Below are positions 1 through 10,700 of a stretch of DNA of 64,000 bases, piece by piece. The first letter of the stretch is position 1. Each line of letters opens with the position of its first letter. Origin of the DNA: a virus; IMG/VR virus record IMGVR_UViG_3300001450_000028, positions 8,327 to 72,326 of that record; one strand, 5' to 3'. A model generated the notes under the pieces. It worked only from the letters and a program-made list of their open reading frames with translations. It was not told the origin of the DNA and ran no database searches. The position numbers and the translations under genes are program-made.

Positions 1-2
1 CG

Positions 3-1616
3 CTTGAAACTGCTGTAGAACAAAAAAATCTAGAAAGAAAAATAAGAGAAGCTGGTGTAGAAATATCTGGAAAGTCTCCTGCAATAGGTTTTGTTGATAT
101 AACTGTAACAATACCTGCTTCACTATCTGGCGGCGAATATTCTCCAAATAAAGACTATCTTCCAAAAATAAAAAAAGAAACAATTTTTGGATCAAGCTCA
201 GGTGTGGATTTTTATCTCCTAGAAGATGTTGATTTTGCAGAAGAAGACTCAGCAGGTAATCTTATTGCATCTTTTGAAATAAGCAGAGTTTCTAACGGAA
301 TTCCTCTAGAATTCTTGTTAAAAAAACAAGGAGTAGTTACTAGTTCAAAACTATCCCAAGAAACATTCAATATATCTTCAACGTTTCAACCTTTTAGATT
401 AATAACAGTCAAGCAAAACAATGTAAATGAAATAGTAAGAGTTGTAGACTCTGACGGTGATGACTATTATGAGGTGGAATCACTTACGCAAAGTACTGTA
501 TTTAAAAGATCAGTAAACTCTAGAAAAGACAAAGAGTACGCGCCAGAAAGAATACAGCTTATTCATGCCCCAAAAAGATTTATAAAGATCAGGAATGGCT
601 CAGGAAACGTATCCCTTCAGTTCGGCTCAGGAAACGAGCTAAATTTTGACGAAGACATCATACCAGACCCATCTGATCATGCTATTAAGCTTTTTGGAGA
701 TAGAAAAACATTAAACAAGATCACGATCGATCCAAATTCTTTCTTAGGTACACAAACTTTAGGAATTAGTCCTAGAGCTACAACACTGACCGTGACTGTA
801 CGATCAGGAGGAGGACTTAATCACAATGTGTCAGCTAGACAAATTACTTCTGTAAAGACACTAATTACTGACTTTGGGGTAAATACTCCTACATCTATTG
901 CTTCAAAGATAAGAGCCTCTACTATTGTTATTAATCCTAGCCCTTGCTTGGGTGGAGAAGATGAACCTAGCCTAGAGTCACTAAGACAGATAGCATTATT
1001 AAATAGAAACTCACAAAACAGAATTGTAACAAGAGAAGATTTAATTGCTAGAGTCTACTCAATGCCTGCAAAATTTGGTAGAGTTTTTAGAGCTTCTGTT
1101 AGAGATAATCCTAATAATCCTCAAGCAGCACAACTCTACATAATGTCAAGGGACAGAAATAGTAAATTAATAATTTCTCCTGATACACTTAAAGAAAGTC
1201 TTTCTTCTTATTTATCACAGTTTAGATTAGTATCAGATGCAATTGACATACTAGACGCATCAATAGTAAATATAGGTCTTAACTTCACAGTAACTATTGA
1301 TCCAGAAGCAATCGCCTCTGTTGTTATAGCAGCAATTAATTCAAAAATATCTAGCTATCTTTCAATTGGTAACTACCAGATAGATCAGCCAATAAAAATA
1401 GGAGAAATTGAAAACTTAATAATGAATACCCCAGATGTAGATGCAATAATGAGTCTGTCTTTTACAAACAAAACAGGAACAGAAGGCGGAAGAATATACT
1501 CTAATTACTTTTACGATCCTCAAAGACACATAGATAGAGGATACTTATTCCCACCAAGAGGCGGAATATTTGAAATGAAATACCCTAATTTTGATATAAT
1601 AGGCAGGATTTCTTAA
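3..1616 (+). CDS. gp6: Baseplate wedge subunit, T4 gp6-like (5'-truncated by the window edge)
   Basis: The frame is open from nt 3 through the GTG at 204. Motifs LQFGSG, GGEDEPSLESLR, QNRIVTREDL..RVYSMPAKFG.V match gp6/baseplate-J family proteins. Confidence 0.85.
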   Translation, partial: LETAVEQKNLERKIREAGVEISGKSPAIGFVDITVTIPASLSGGEYSPNKDYLPKIKKETIFGSSSGVDFYLLEDVDFAEEDSAGNLIASFEISRVSNGIPLEFLLKKQGVVTSSKLSQETFNISSTFQPFRLITVKQNNVNEIVRVVDSDGDDYYEVESLTQSTVFKRSVNSRKDKEYAPERIQLIHAPKRFIKIRNGSGNVSLQFGSGNELNFDEDIIPDPSDHAIKLFGDRKTLNKITIDPNSFLGTQTLGISPRATTLTVTVRSGGGLNHNVSARQITSVKTLITDFGVNTPTSIASKIRASTIVINPSPCLGGEDEPSLESLRQIALLNRNSQNRIVTREDLIARVYSMPAKFGRVFRASVRDNPNNPQAAQLYIMSRDRNSKLIISPDTLKESLSSYLSQFRLVSDAIDILDASIVNIGLNFTVTIDPEAIASVVIAAINSKISSYLSIGNYQIDQPIKIGEIENLIMNTPDVDAIMSLSFTNKTGTEGGRIYSNYFYDPQRHIDRGYLFPPRGGIFEMKYPNFDIIGRIS

Positions 1617-3139
1617 TGTATAGAATTTTATCAGCTTCAAAAGACGGCTATATTACCAATAAGATTGTAAACAAATCATTCAGGGCAACAGACGCAAATG
1701 TAGGTCAAGCAGGTACACTTGATTTATTTAAACTTTACAACGAAAACACTTTGACAGGTAGTAAAAATCAAACAGAGCTTACACGACTCCTGCTTAAGTT
1801 TGACTTAAACAAAGTTTCTAAAATGCAATCTGAAGGTAAAATAGATATAAATAGCAATTCTTTTAAGTGTTTTTTAAAATTGCACGACGTATACGGCGGG
1901 CAAACAACACCAGAAAATTACGACGCAATATTGTTTCCTCTTTCTCAAAGTTTTGATGAGGGTGCAGGGTTTGATATTACAAGCTTTAGAGACTTAGGCG
2001 CAGCAAACTATGTAACAGCTTCATTTTTAGGTGGCACCGCAGTTCCATGGAACAGCGCTGGCGCGATGGCTTCTGGCTCGCTTGGTAGTGCTAACATAGA
2101 CGTAATAGTTAGTGGAACTTTGTCAGGTCCCTCTGGTACAAGTTCATACTCGTTATCTCCTACGCAAAAGTTCATATCTGGCGAAGAAGATTTGTTAATT
2201 GACATAACAAGAATCGTATCTGGTACAGTTACAAATCAAATACCTGACCATGGTTTTCTTGTCGCATTCTCAGGTAGTTATGAAAAGAATAAAAAAAGCT
2301 ACTTTGTTAAGCGCTTTGCTTCTAGAAACGCATCAAACACAGCAGTCAGACCAAAATTAATTATAAAATATGATGATAGCTTACACGACAGTCACGAAGA
2401 CTTTACGTTTGATTTGACATCTTCACTTTACTTAAATAATTTTCAGCAAGGTATAGCAAAAAACATAGTATCGGGTTTAGGTGCAACTGAATTAGTTGGT
2501 GAAAATGCATTAATTCTTAAAATAGAGTCAGGAAGTTTTAAAAAGACATTTAATGTCTCGCAAGCGCAACGAGGTATAAACAGACTTAAAGGTGTATATT
2601 CTGCATCCTTTGCAATCAGTAGTTTTGAAACTGCACTAAGGAGTCATATACTGTCTTCTGGTAGTATTACTTTTAACGAGATATGGTCTTCTTCTAATGA
2701 ATCAATAACATTTCTTTCATCTTCAATAGAAATAAAGAACAATCAAAGAACAGCTTTTGATAACTTTCATCAAAATTTATTAGTGACAGTAACAAACTTA
2801 AGGGATTCTTACAAGGTAGGCGACGTAATAAAAATAAGAGTTTTTTCAGAAGACAGAGACAGATCAATAGTATTTAAAAAACTACCTCGAGAAAAAAATA
2901 GTCAGATATATCATGAAATGTACTACAGGGTAAGAGACTTTCAAACTGATGATATTATAGTTGACTTTGACAAAACAGACAAATCAACTAGACTGTCAAC
3001 GGATTCAAATGGAATGTATTTTGAATTTTATGTAGACTCACTACCTAGAGGTAGAACATATGTTTTTGACTTTCTTATTAGAAAAGCTGGGTTTGATACA
3101 ATAATAACAGATGCAGCATCAAAGTTTAGAGTTGAATAA
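1616..3139 (+). CDS. Virion structural protein, baseplate region (507 aa)
   Basis: Coupled to gp6 by a TAATG overlap; beta-rich with many SGS tripeptides. No specific family recognised. Confidence 0.55.
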   Translation: MYRILSASKDGYITNKIVNKSFRATDANVGQAGTLDLFKLYNENTLTGSKNQTELTRLLLKFDLNKVSKMQSEGKIDINSNSFKCFLKLHDVYGGQTTPENYDAILFPLSQSFDEGAGFDITSFRDLGAANYVTASFLGGTAVPWNSAGAMASGSLGSANIDVIVSGTLSGPSGTSSYSLSPTQKFISGEEDLLIDITRIVSGTVTNQIPDHGFLVAFSGSYEKNKKSYFVKRFASRNASNTAVRPKLIIKYDDSLHDSHEDFTFDLTSSLYLNNFQQGIAKNIVSGLGATELVGENALILKIESGSFKKTFNVSQAQRGINRLKGVYSASFAISSFETALRSHILSSGSITFNEIWSSSNESITFLSSSIEIKNNQRTAFDNFHQNLLVTVTNLRDSYKVGDVIKIRVFSEDRDRSIVFKKLPREKNSQIYHEMYYRVRDFQTDDIIVDFDKTDKSTRLSTDSNGMYFEFYVDSLPRGRTYVFDFLIRKAGFDTIITDAASKFRVE

Positions 3140-6100
3140 TGTCGAAAAAAGCACTTTTAGATAGAAATATTCCGGGCAAAATTTTTAAGCCAAAATTTCG
3201 CCGCGGCGATCCATCTGTTTCTTACTTAAAAAAACCTGACAATATCGACTACACACTGTCAGACTTTTCTGACTCTAACATTGAAAGTTCTTCTTCTTTT
3301 AGATACGGCAATCAAAAAGAACTAGTTTCTACACAGCAAGTAAGAACAGATTATTCAAATTTTGTAAATCATACATTCTTTCACTCTGCAGTTGCAAATG
3401 TCAACGAAGCTTTTGATAAAATTGTAAACTTTTACCCGATGAATGGGACAAATAAAGAAATTGAAAAATTTGAAGATGAATTAACAGGGTTTGAAAAATA
3501 TGTACTTGATAGCTTTCCTAAGAATGTAGGGTATCTTGTATTTTCTGGTACCCAGAAAGGTGAATCATCATCAAACGGTACAAGTATATCTGTAAATGAT
3601 AGAGAAGGTTCAACTTACACCACTATATCAAATAACAAATCAGCAAAAGCTGTGCTTGATCCTAAGACTAATCCACTCACTATTAGTTTTTTTTGTAAAG
3701 CACCTAAAAAACAAAATGACAACCAGATACTTTTTCAAAAAAAATCAAGCCTAGCAAATAATTTTACAATAGCATTGTCTTCATCTGCTTCTACTACAAA
3801 AACTAATGTTGTTTTTGGAATAACATCAGGTTCGCTTTATTCTTACGTGACCGGGTCGCTTAATAAAGGAAGTTTTTCAAATATTTCAGCAATTTATGAC
3901 CCACAAGGAGATGAAAAAACTAAGCTAATCATAGATGATACTGTGTATTCTTCAAGCATGAGTACAGTTTTTAATTCTTTAGACTTCTCATCAGAAAATC
4001 TAACCATTGGGACAGGCACTCAAGCAAGATTAAATAATTTAATATTTGATCAACAAGAGACTTTCTCTGGATCAATAGACGAAATAAGATACTTTCATGA
4101 TGCAAAAAATCTTACCCAGATTAAAAAAACAAAATACAAATCAGTCCAAGCATCAGACTCGCTTAAACTCTATTTTAAATTTAACGAGCCCAGCGGTAGT
4201 TATTCTGCTAAAAAAGTTGTATTAGATAGTTCAACAAGCAATTTACATTCCACAATTACAAATTATTTAGAAAATTATACAAGAGTAACTGGTTCTGATA
4301 ACCCAGTACTGAATGAACTTTCTGAGCGAAATCCAGTTCTTTTTCCTGACTATGTTCGAGTTTCTACACTTAATAAAAATCTTTTAACGTCAGGTTCGCT
4401 CTATGATGATGCAAATCCTAATCTAATTACAAAGTTAGTGCCTCCTCATTACTTTTTAGAAGCAAATAATTTTGAAGACTTTAAAGATATATTGGGTAAT
4501 TTAGGAAAATCATTTGAATCCGGATCAGATAATTTTCCTGGAAAAGAAATTAGTGAAATACAAAGTGCAGCTTTGTTAGTTAAGTTTTTATTGACCTGGG
4601 CCAAATTTTTTGATGAAATAAAAATATTGTCAGATGCGATAACAAGCGTTCAGCACACACATTATGATGATTTTGAAACAACACCTGACGTATTCTTAAA
4701 AAGAAAAGCACAAGAACTTAACCTGACATTACCTAACATGTTTGGGTCTGCTGAATTATCTCAAATTATTTCTGGTATAAATTTGACTGAAAATTATTCA
4801 AATGCAGCACTTACACTGAACCAGATACAGAATTCAATTTGGCGAAGAATACTTTCTGATTCTGTTAATATGAAAATGACAAAAGGTACAATAGACTCTT
4901 TAAAGTCAGTCTTTAGATCAGCAGGGATAGAACCTGATAATATTTTAACATTTAGAGAGTATGGTGGTGCTCAACTTAAGTCACTAGAAGGATCAAGAGT
5001 TCATAAAGTAGATGTCTTAGGCATGCTAAACTTTTCAGGTTCGTTAAATCAAACAATTACAACAGTTGATAACGCTGGTTATAGTACAAATAAAATACCT
5101 AAGATGAAGTCTGGTTTTCTTTCTGGCTCTAGAATTCAAGCAGGTGTTCCAGAAATCAGCGGTCAATTTGTTCAAAAAACGCCTACAAAAATTCATGGAA
5201 TAAGCAATAACTTAAATGACGGCCTCCTAACAAGCGGTTCTTTTACTTACGAAGGCTTATACAGATACACAAAGCCTACAAGCGAACCCCAAAGCTTAAT
5301 TAGGATTCACACAACCGGTTCAACAGCGCCTTCAAACAAAGAGAGTATAATTGCAAATCTAGTAACAACAGATAAGAATAAAATAGAATTATTTATCAAA
5401 GATTCACCTACAGGATCAAAAGTAAAAAGATTATTTTTAACAGGTGTTAACATATTTGACGAAGAACCATGGCACATATCTTTTGGTAGAAAAGCGCCTC
5501 ACGACATAGGAAAGACAAGCAGGTCTGATTATTTTTTAAGAGCTGCAAAGCAAGAAAATGGAGAAATACTGGCACAATATCATACTTCTTCAAATTACGC
5601 TGATATTGGTGACAGTATTTTTGTAAGTTCATCATTTGAACATAACGCATCTGGTTCTTTTTTAGTAGTGGGAAGTCAAAATTTTCAAAATGGAAGCGCT
5701 GGAAAATTTTTAAATGATAGTACAGGCGGCGTAGATACACTCGCACACAGCTCAAGCTTTTCAGGTCTTATTACAAATAGCTTGTTTTGGTCAAAATTTA
5801 TTACAAAGAAAGAATGGATTGAACATGTTAGAAACCATGCGTCTGTTGGTGTAATAGATCCTAAAATAAATTATAACTTTGAAGTAAATGCATCTGGATC
5901 TTTCGAAAGATTAATCATTCAGACAAGCGGTAAGCAAGCCACAACTGCTTCTAACAGCGCAGGTAATGTTAGATTGTTTGATTTTAGTCAAAATAATCTT
6001 CATTTCGAAGGCAGTAATTTTGAAAATTCAAAAGCAGTAGTTAAACCTACAAGAGTTGAATTTGAAATGCTATCTTCTCTATTCGATACAAACATAGCAA

Positions 6101-6636
6101 AAACAAAAGTAAGAGTTAGAAGTTTTCAAGATGCCGAAATGGTAGAAAATTCTAATTTTTCACAAATAGCTCCTGTCTACGAGACAATTCCTAGTGAAGA
6201 AGTTGTTGACGACAATAGATTTTCAATAGATATGAGCGTTTTTGGAGGTCTTAATGAAAACATACTCACAACTTTTGCAAACTTTTCTGCAATTGATGAT
6301 GCTCTTGGCCGGCCAAATGCAATGTTTTCTGATCGATATGTTGACTTAGAAGATTTAAGAAAAATTTATTTTAACAACGTATTAGAAAAGATTGACTTAG
6401 GAAAATTTAGATCAATATTTAAGTGGATTGACAATTCTTTTACCGATCTTGTGTTTTCGATGATACCTAGATCAACTAATTTTATGGGAATAAATTTTAT
6501 TTATGAGTCCCATGTACTTGAAAGAAATAAAATGAAGTACTTATATGACGAAATATACTTAAAGTCACTTCCAAGAGATCCAAGTAGAGGCAACTTGCTT
6601 TTAAGCCAGTTTGTCGGAAAACTTAAAAAACACTAA
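3139..6636 (+). CDS. Large baseplate/tail protein with LamG (concanavalin A-like) domain(s)
   Basis: Contains LTIG...FSGSIDEIRYF and LKLYFKFNE (LamG end), plus KGTIDSLKSVFRSAGI, resembling the KGT motif of baseplate wedge (P2 gpI/T4 gp7-type) proteins. Confidence 0.65.
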   Translation: MSKKALLDRNIPGKIFKPKFRRGDPSVSYLKKPDNIDYTLSDFSDSNIESSSSFRYGNQKELVSTQQVRTDYSNFVNHTFFHSAVANVNEAFDKIVNFYPMNGTNKEIEKFEDELTGFEKYVLDSFPKNVGYLVFSGTQKGESSSNGTSISVNDREGSTYTTISNNKSAKAVLDPKTNPLTISFFCKAPKKQNDNQILFQKKSSLANNFTIALSSSASTTKTNVVFGITSGSLYSYVTGSLNKGSFSNISAIYDPQGDEKTKLIIDDTVYSSSMSTVFNSLDFSSENLTIGTGTQARLNNLIFDQQETFSGSIDEIRYFHDAKNLTQIKKTKYKSVQASDSLKLYFKFNEPSGSYSAKKVVLDSSTSNLHSTITNYLENYTRVTGSDNPVLNELSERNPVLFPDYVRVSTLNKNLLTSGSLYDDANPNLITKLVPPHYFLEANNFEDFKDILGNLGKSFESGSDNFPGKEISEIQSAALLVKFLLTWAKFFDEIKILSDAITSVQHTHYDDFETTPDVFLKRKAQELNLTLPNMFGSAELSQIISGINLTENYSNAALTLNQIQNSIWRRILSDSVNMKMTKGTIDSLKSVFRSAGIEPDNILTFREYGGAQLKSLEGSRVHKVDVLGMLNFSGSLNQTITTVDNAGYSTNKIPKMKSGFLSGSRIQAGVPEISGQFVQKTPTKIHGISNNLNDGLLTSGSFTYEGLYRYTKPTSEPQSLIRIHTTGSTAPSNKESIIANLVTTDKNKIELFIKDSPTGSKVKRLFLTGVNIFDEEPWHISFGRKAPHDIGKTSRSDYFLRAAKQENGEILAQYHTSSNYADIGDSIFVSSSFEHNASGSFLVVGSQNFQNGSAGKFLNDSTGGVDTLAHSSSFSGLITNSLFWSKFITKKEWIEHVRNHASVGVIDPKINYNFEVNASGSFERLIIQTSGKQATTASNSAGNVRLFDFSQNNLHFEGSNFENSKAVVKPTRVEFEMLSSLFDTNIAKTKVRVRSFQDAEMVENSNFSQIAPVYETIPSEEVVDDNRFSIDMSVFGGLNENILTTFANFSAIDDALGRPNAMFSDRYVDLEDLRKIYFNNVLEKIDLGKFRSIFKWIDNSFTDLVFSMIPRSTNFMGINFIYESHVLERNKMKYLYDEIYLKSLPRDPSRGNLLLSQFVGKLKKH

Positions 6637-6644
6637 GGTAAAAA

Positions 6645-7772
6645 ATGGCAGCAAGCAATACAAATCAAAACGCAGACCAACTAGTAGAATCGATTTTTAC
6701 TGATTCACCAGGAGGATCATATCAGGTTGCATCTGTAAAATATAACTCAAGTACATCCACGCCTCTTTCTGGTTCTTATAATACACCAGCAGCTTCAAGA
6801 ATAGGAGAAACTTCAAATAGAAAAGTTCAAATTAAAAAAACAGTAGAAGCGTCTGATGTTGGAACTGCTATATTAGATGTTGTTACAATGTTAGGAGAAG
6901 GAGAAACAATATTAGATTTTGATGCAACTCGTCAAGGATTTGATGTTAAGAATATTACACAATTTTCGAGAATGAATCTTCCTTTATTGTCTATTAACAG
7001 AGAAAAAATGGCTTTAAAAAGTGGTCAAATAAATCACATCTCAAGCTTTAATCTTTTTGGAATGCCAAAGTTATTTAAAACGCTTGATGAAAAAAAGAAA
7101 ACGCTAATACCTTTTGAAGACTTTCCCGGAAGATTAGACCCGGTAGCTTATGTAAATGCAGGCACTTATGTAATGCAGTACATGATTTTAACAGATCTGA
7201 CAAGGAACATTGATAAATTTGTCAACCCAGATACACTAGATGGTGCAATTGAAGTTTTTGAAATAAGAGAAAGCTTTGCAAATACAAGCATATCTGATAT
7301 AAAAATTAAAGGAATAAAAGGCAGTATGTCAAATGAAAATTTCTATGCTGTTGGACAAGGCGCTTCACCAATCGACAATAAGTTTGAAATTAATCAATTA
7401 AGCAATTCTGTTTTTGAAGATGCCCAAGATGTAATGTATTCAGAATCAACTTTCGGACCAAGAGAAGGTTATACAAATAAAGGTTCACTAGCGATGGAAA
7501 GTGCAGTACCTGATGAAAATAGAAGAATGGCACCTTTCACAGAAGATAAAAACAACAGAACAGTTAAATTTAAAGATCACTTAAGAAATTTTCTAGGTTC
7601 TTCTTTTTCAGGTACTTTAAAATCTGAAAGAATGGTTCCTGAAATGGGAACAAGATTTAGATCGTCAGGTCGAGGTTTTATTAATTCGCCTAATTATGTT
7701 ATAATGCCCACGGGAAGCTTTATAAATCCTGGAACAGATTCTATAGCTTTTTCAGGTTTAAGAAGAGGGTAG
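6645..7772 (+). CDS. Hypothetical virion protein (375 aa)
   Basis: Long ORF with an AAGG RBS inside the structural operon. Confidence 0.5.
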   Translation: MAASNTNQNADQLVESIFTDSPGGSYQVASVKYNSSTSTPLSGSYNTPAASRIGETSNRKVQIKKTVEASDVGTAILDVVTMLGEGETILDFDATRQGFDVKNITQFSRMNLPLLSINREKMALKSGQINHISSFNLFGMPKLFKTLDEKKKTLIPFEDFPGRLDPVAYVNAGTYVMQYMILTDLTRNIDKFVNPDTLDGAIEVFEIRESFANTSISDIKIKGIKGSMSNENFYAVGQGASPIDNKFEINQLSNSVFEDAQDVMYSESTFGPREGYTNKGSLAMESAVPDENRRMAPFTEDKNNRTVKFKDHLRNFLGSSFSGTLKSERMVPEMGTRFRSSGRGFINSPNYVIMPTGSFINPGTDSIAFSGLRRG

Positions 7773-7783
7773 TTGGGAAAAAA

Positions 7784-10700
7784 ATGCCAAGAAAAATAAA
7801 ACAAATTTCAACATATGATTTATCTAAACCACTAAAAGCAAATGAAGACACACAAAATGCTTCTGCTTATAATAAACAAGAAAATCTTTATGCATGGTAT
7901 AGATTTGAAGACGACATATCATCTTCAGGTAATGTAGAAGATTCACAACTAAGATCTAATTTTAAATTGGTTCCTGCTTCAAGTCGTCCAACTTTTTCAC
8001 TTGATTCACCTTCATCAATAGCCACAGTTAGCGGCTTTAGTAAAAGAAGCAGCGTTTTTAACACAGATGTTGTAAGGGTACAAGATAAAACTTTGTTTCC
8101 TTTGAGGACAGGAACAGCAGGGGCTGAAGCAGCATTTTCTCTTTCTATTTGGTTTAACCTTGACGAAATTGGTTCACGTTCTCAATATCTCGTGTCAAAA
8201 TACGGTATCGTAGATGCAAAAAAAGCATATGCTTTAGAAATAACAACAGCTGGAGAAATAGCTTTTACAATTTACAATGGTGCTGCTTTTCGCCAAGTCA
8301 GAACTAACGATTCGATTGGGACAAATAGGTGGTATCATGTTGTTGTAACATTTTCTGGAACAGTAGCAACACAGCAGATACAGTTGTATGTAGACGGTGC
8401 AAGAGTGCCTTACTCAAAAACAACAGAATCTATCGGCGGAGGCGCTTTTACAGTTATTGCAGAAACAGATTCACTTTTTGCGATAGGCAATGACGAATCA
8501 GATCCAAACTCAGGTAACAATGTAGACACAAGAGGCAAAATTTCAGAAGTTGCTTTGTGGACTACTTTGCTAGATCAATCAGATATAAAAACACTTTATA
8601 ACTTTAAAGACGCTATTTTGTATAGAACAGCTTCTGGTTTTGTTAATTTGCCACCAAGAGTTCTACTAAGACAGCGAGATAATGCAACCGGTTCATACCC
8701 GACAGTAATGAGAATGGGAGATAAAGGCAGAACAGGTGCATACAATAGAACCTTTGAAGACAACTATACGATCAATTTTGGTAAAAAAATTAAAGACGTT
8801 TTTGAGATTAAAAATAGAGTTGGAGGAGTACTTGGGTTTTCAAGAGACATAGACTCAAGTAAATGGACCCACTCAAAAGGCATGGAAATCAGGCAAGAGT
8901 TGGTTACCGGAGACACCGGCGCAACAATACGCAAAACCGCATTAGTATTTTCAGGAGGTGGTCTAGCTGGAAAACGTCGAATACAAACAAAAAATAAAAT
9001 AAAAAACCCAAGAATTAAAATTGATCTAACAATAGGGCCTTATCAAGAAGATAGAACAGTATTAAAGTTTGGCTTAGGGCTGTCAGACGGAACAGCAACA
9101 GATGATTTAAAGATACAGGCAAGTACTAATGGAAGTGATTGGGTTGACATAAAAACAATACAAAATAATATATCAACATTGCTTCAATCTGCTTTTACTA
9201 GAGGTTTTAGGTCTGCTGATCTTGTCAAGCGAAGAAGCATCCAGGTAGACTTGTATCCAACTGATTTTCCTTTTGGAAATAATGCTTTCTATCTTAGAAT
9301 AATACAAGAGTCAGTTTCTTCTAATGACGTTGTTGTGTGGGCAATGAGCAGTATTGAAATTGATTATCACGACGAAGAAAATATTTCATACCCTCTAATG
9401 GTTGACGTAGATTCTTTTGTAGGTAAAAAGATAGTTTCTTCATCAGTTACAGCACCACATCTCAACCCTACACTAAAAGGTCCAGGTAGATCAATATCAG
9501 GAATTAGTGATGTTCATTTATCTTTTACACCCGGTGAAAAATTACTACCTTTTATCGACAATAGTCACTTTTTTGATGATACAAGTATTTTCTTCAACCA
9601 AGGTACTTCACCAGATGTGATTCCAGGTTTTTCTTCTCCTGTTTCAAACAAAACAATTATTGAAGTGGATTTAAGCCCAAGTGAGCAAACAACATTCGGT
9701 CTTGATACAAGAGCAACACATGAAAGCACAGGTAACGGTTCCAACCGAGGCCCACGCCTAGAAACAGATGCAACCAAAAAACAGCAATTGATGGTTTACT
9801 GGAATAAAGATTTAAGGCGCTGGGAAAAAATAGCGCAAGGAGTTAGTGGAAATGTAGTTGCAAAGCAGGATGAAGGGTTTACACCTTTAAGAAACATGAT
9901 TCACAGTGGTGCACTAGGATTTTCTGGTATCGGAATGTGCAGTACTGGGTCAGATGTAACTTTAGCAAATCAATTACCTGTTAATCAAGATGCACTCCTC
10001 TCATATGCAAGACCTACTTCTACATTTGGCTTTCCATTTGAAGGAAAATACGAAGCTACTGCAAGTCAGTTTATTAAAGCAAGAGATATCGGAATAACAA
10101 AACCTTTTCTGCTAGAAAAGTGTTCAATAAGTTTTGATTCAAAGTTTGAGTTTGCTTCAAATCAATTCGATTCAGGCTCACGAGCATATTCGATGGCAGC
10201 AGCCAACTATTCATCAGGAGCTCCGTCTTCAAGAACGCTTGCAGATAATCAAAAGGTCTATATACCTACATTTTTTATGTTGCGCCAGTCAAAAGAAACT
10301 TTAGATGTGGAATATGAATATGAAATTGAAGATAAAGGAGTTAGGTCTTCTCAAAAACGAATAGTTTCAATACCTGACAGTGCTGTTCACTTATCCACAG
10401 CTCCAGGGCCTGATGATATTGTATCTGTGGAAAAATCAAGGGAACTAATAACATACGGTCAAATGACTCTGTTTGTCAGCGGCGTTGCAAATACTGCAGG
10501 GTCAGGTGATGGTAGAGGCAGTATAAATGCACAAGTTGACATAGATACAATAATAAATAACGGTCTAGGTAGAGACACAATTGTTGATATACTTTCAGTA
10601 ACAGGGCAGACAAACTTTAATATTGGCTCAAGTGGTCAATTAGCGGCAATTACGAGTTCTTTTAATATTAACTTTCCTTGTAGACTGTCTCCAAAAATTA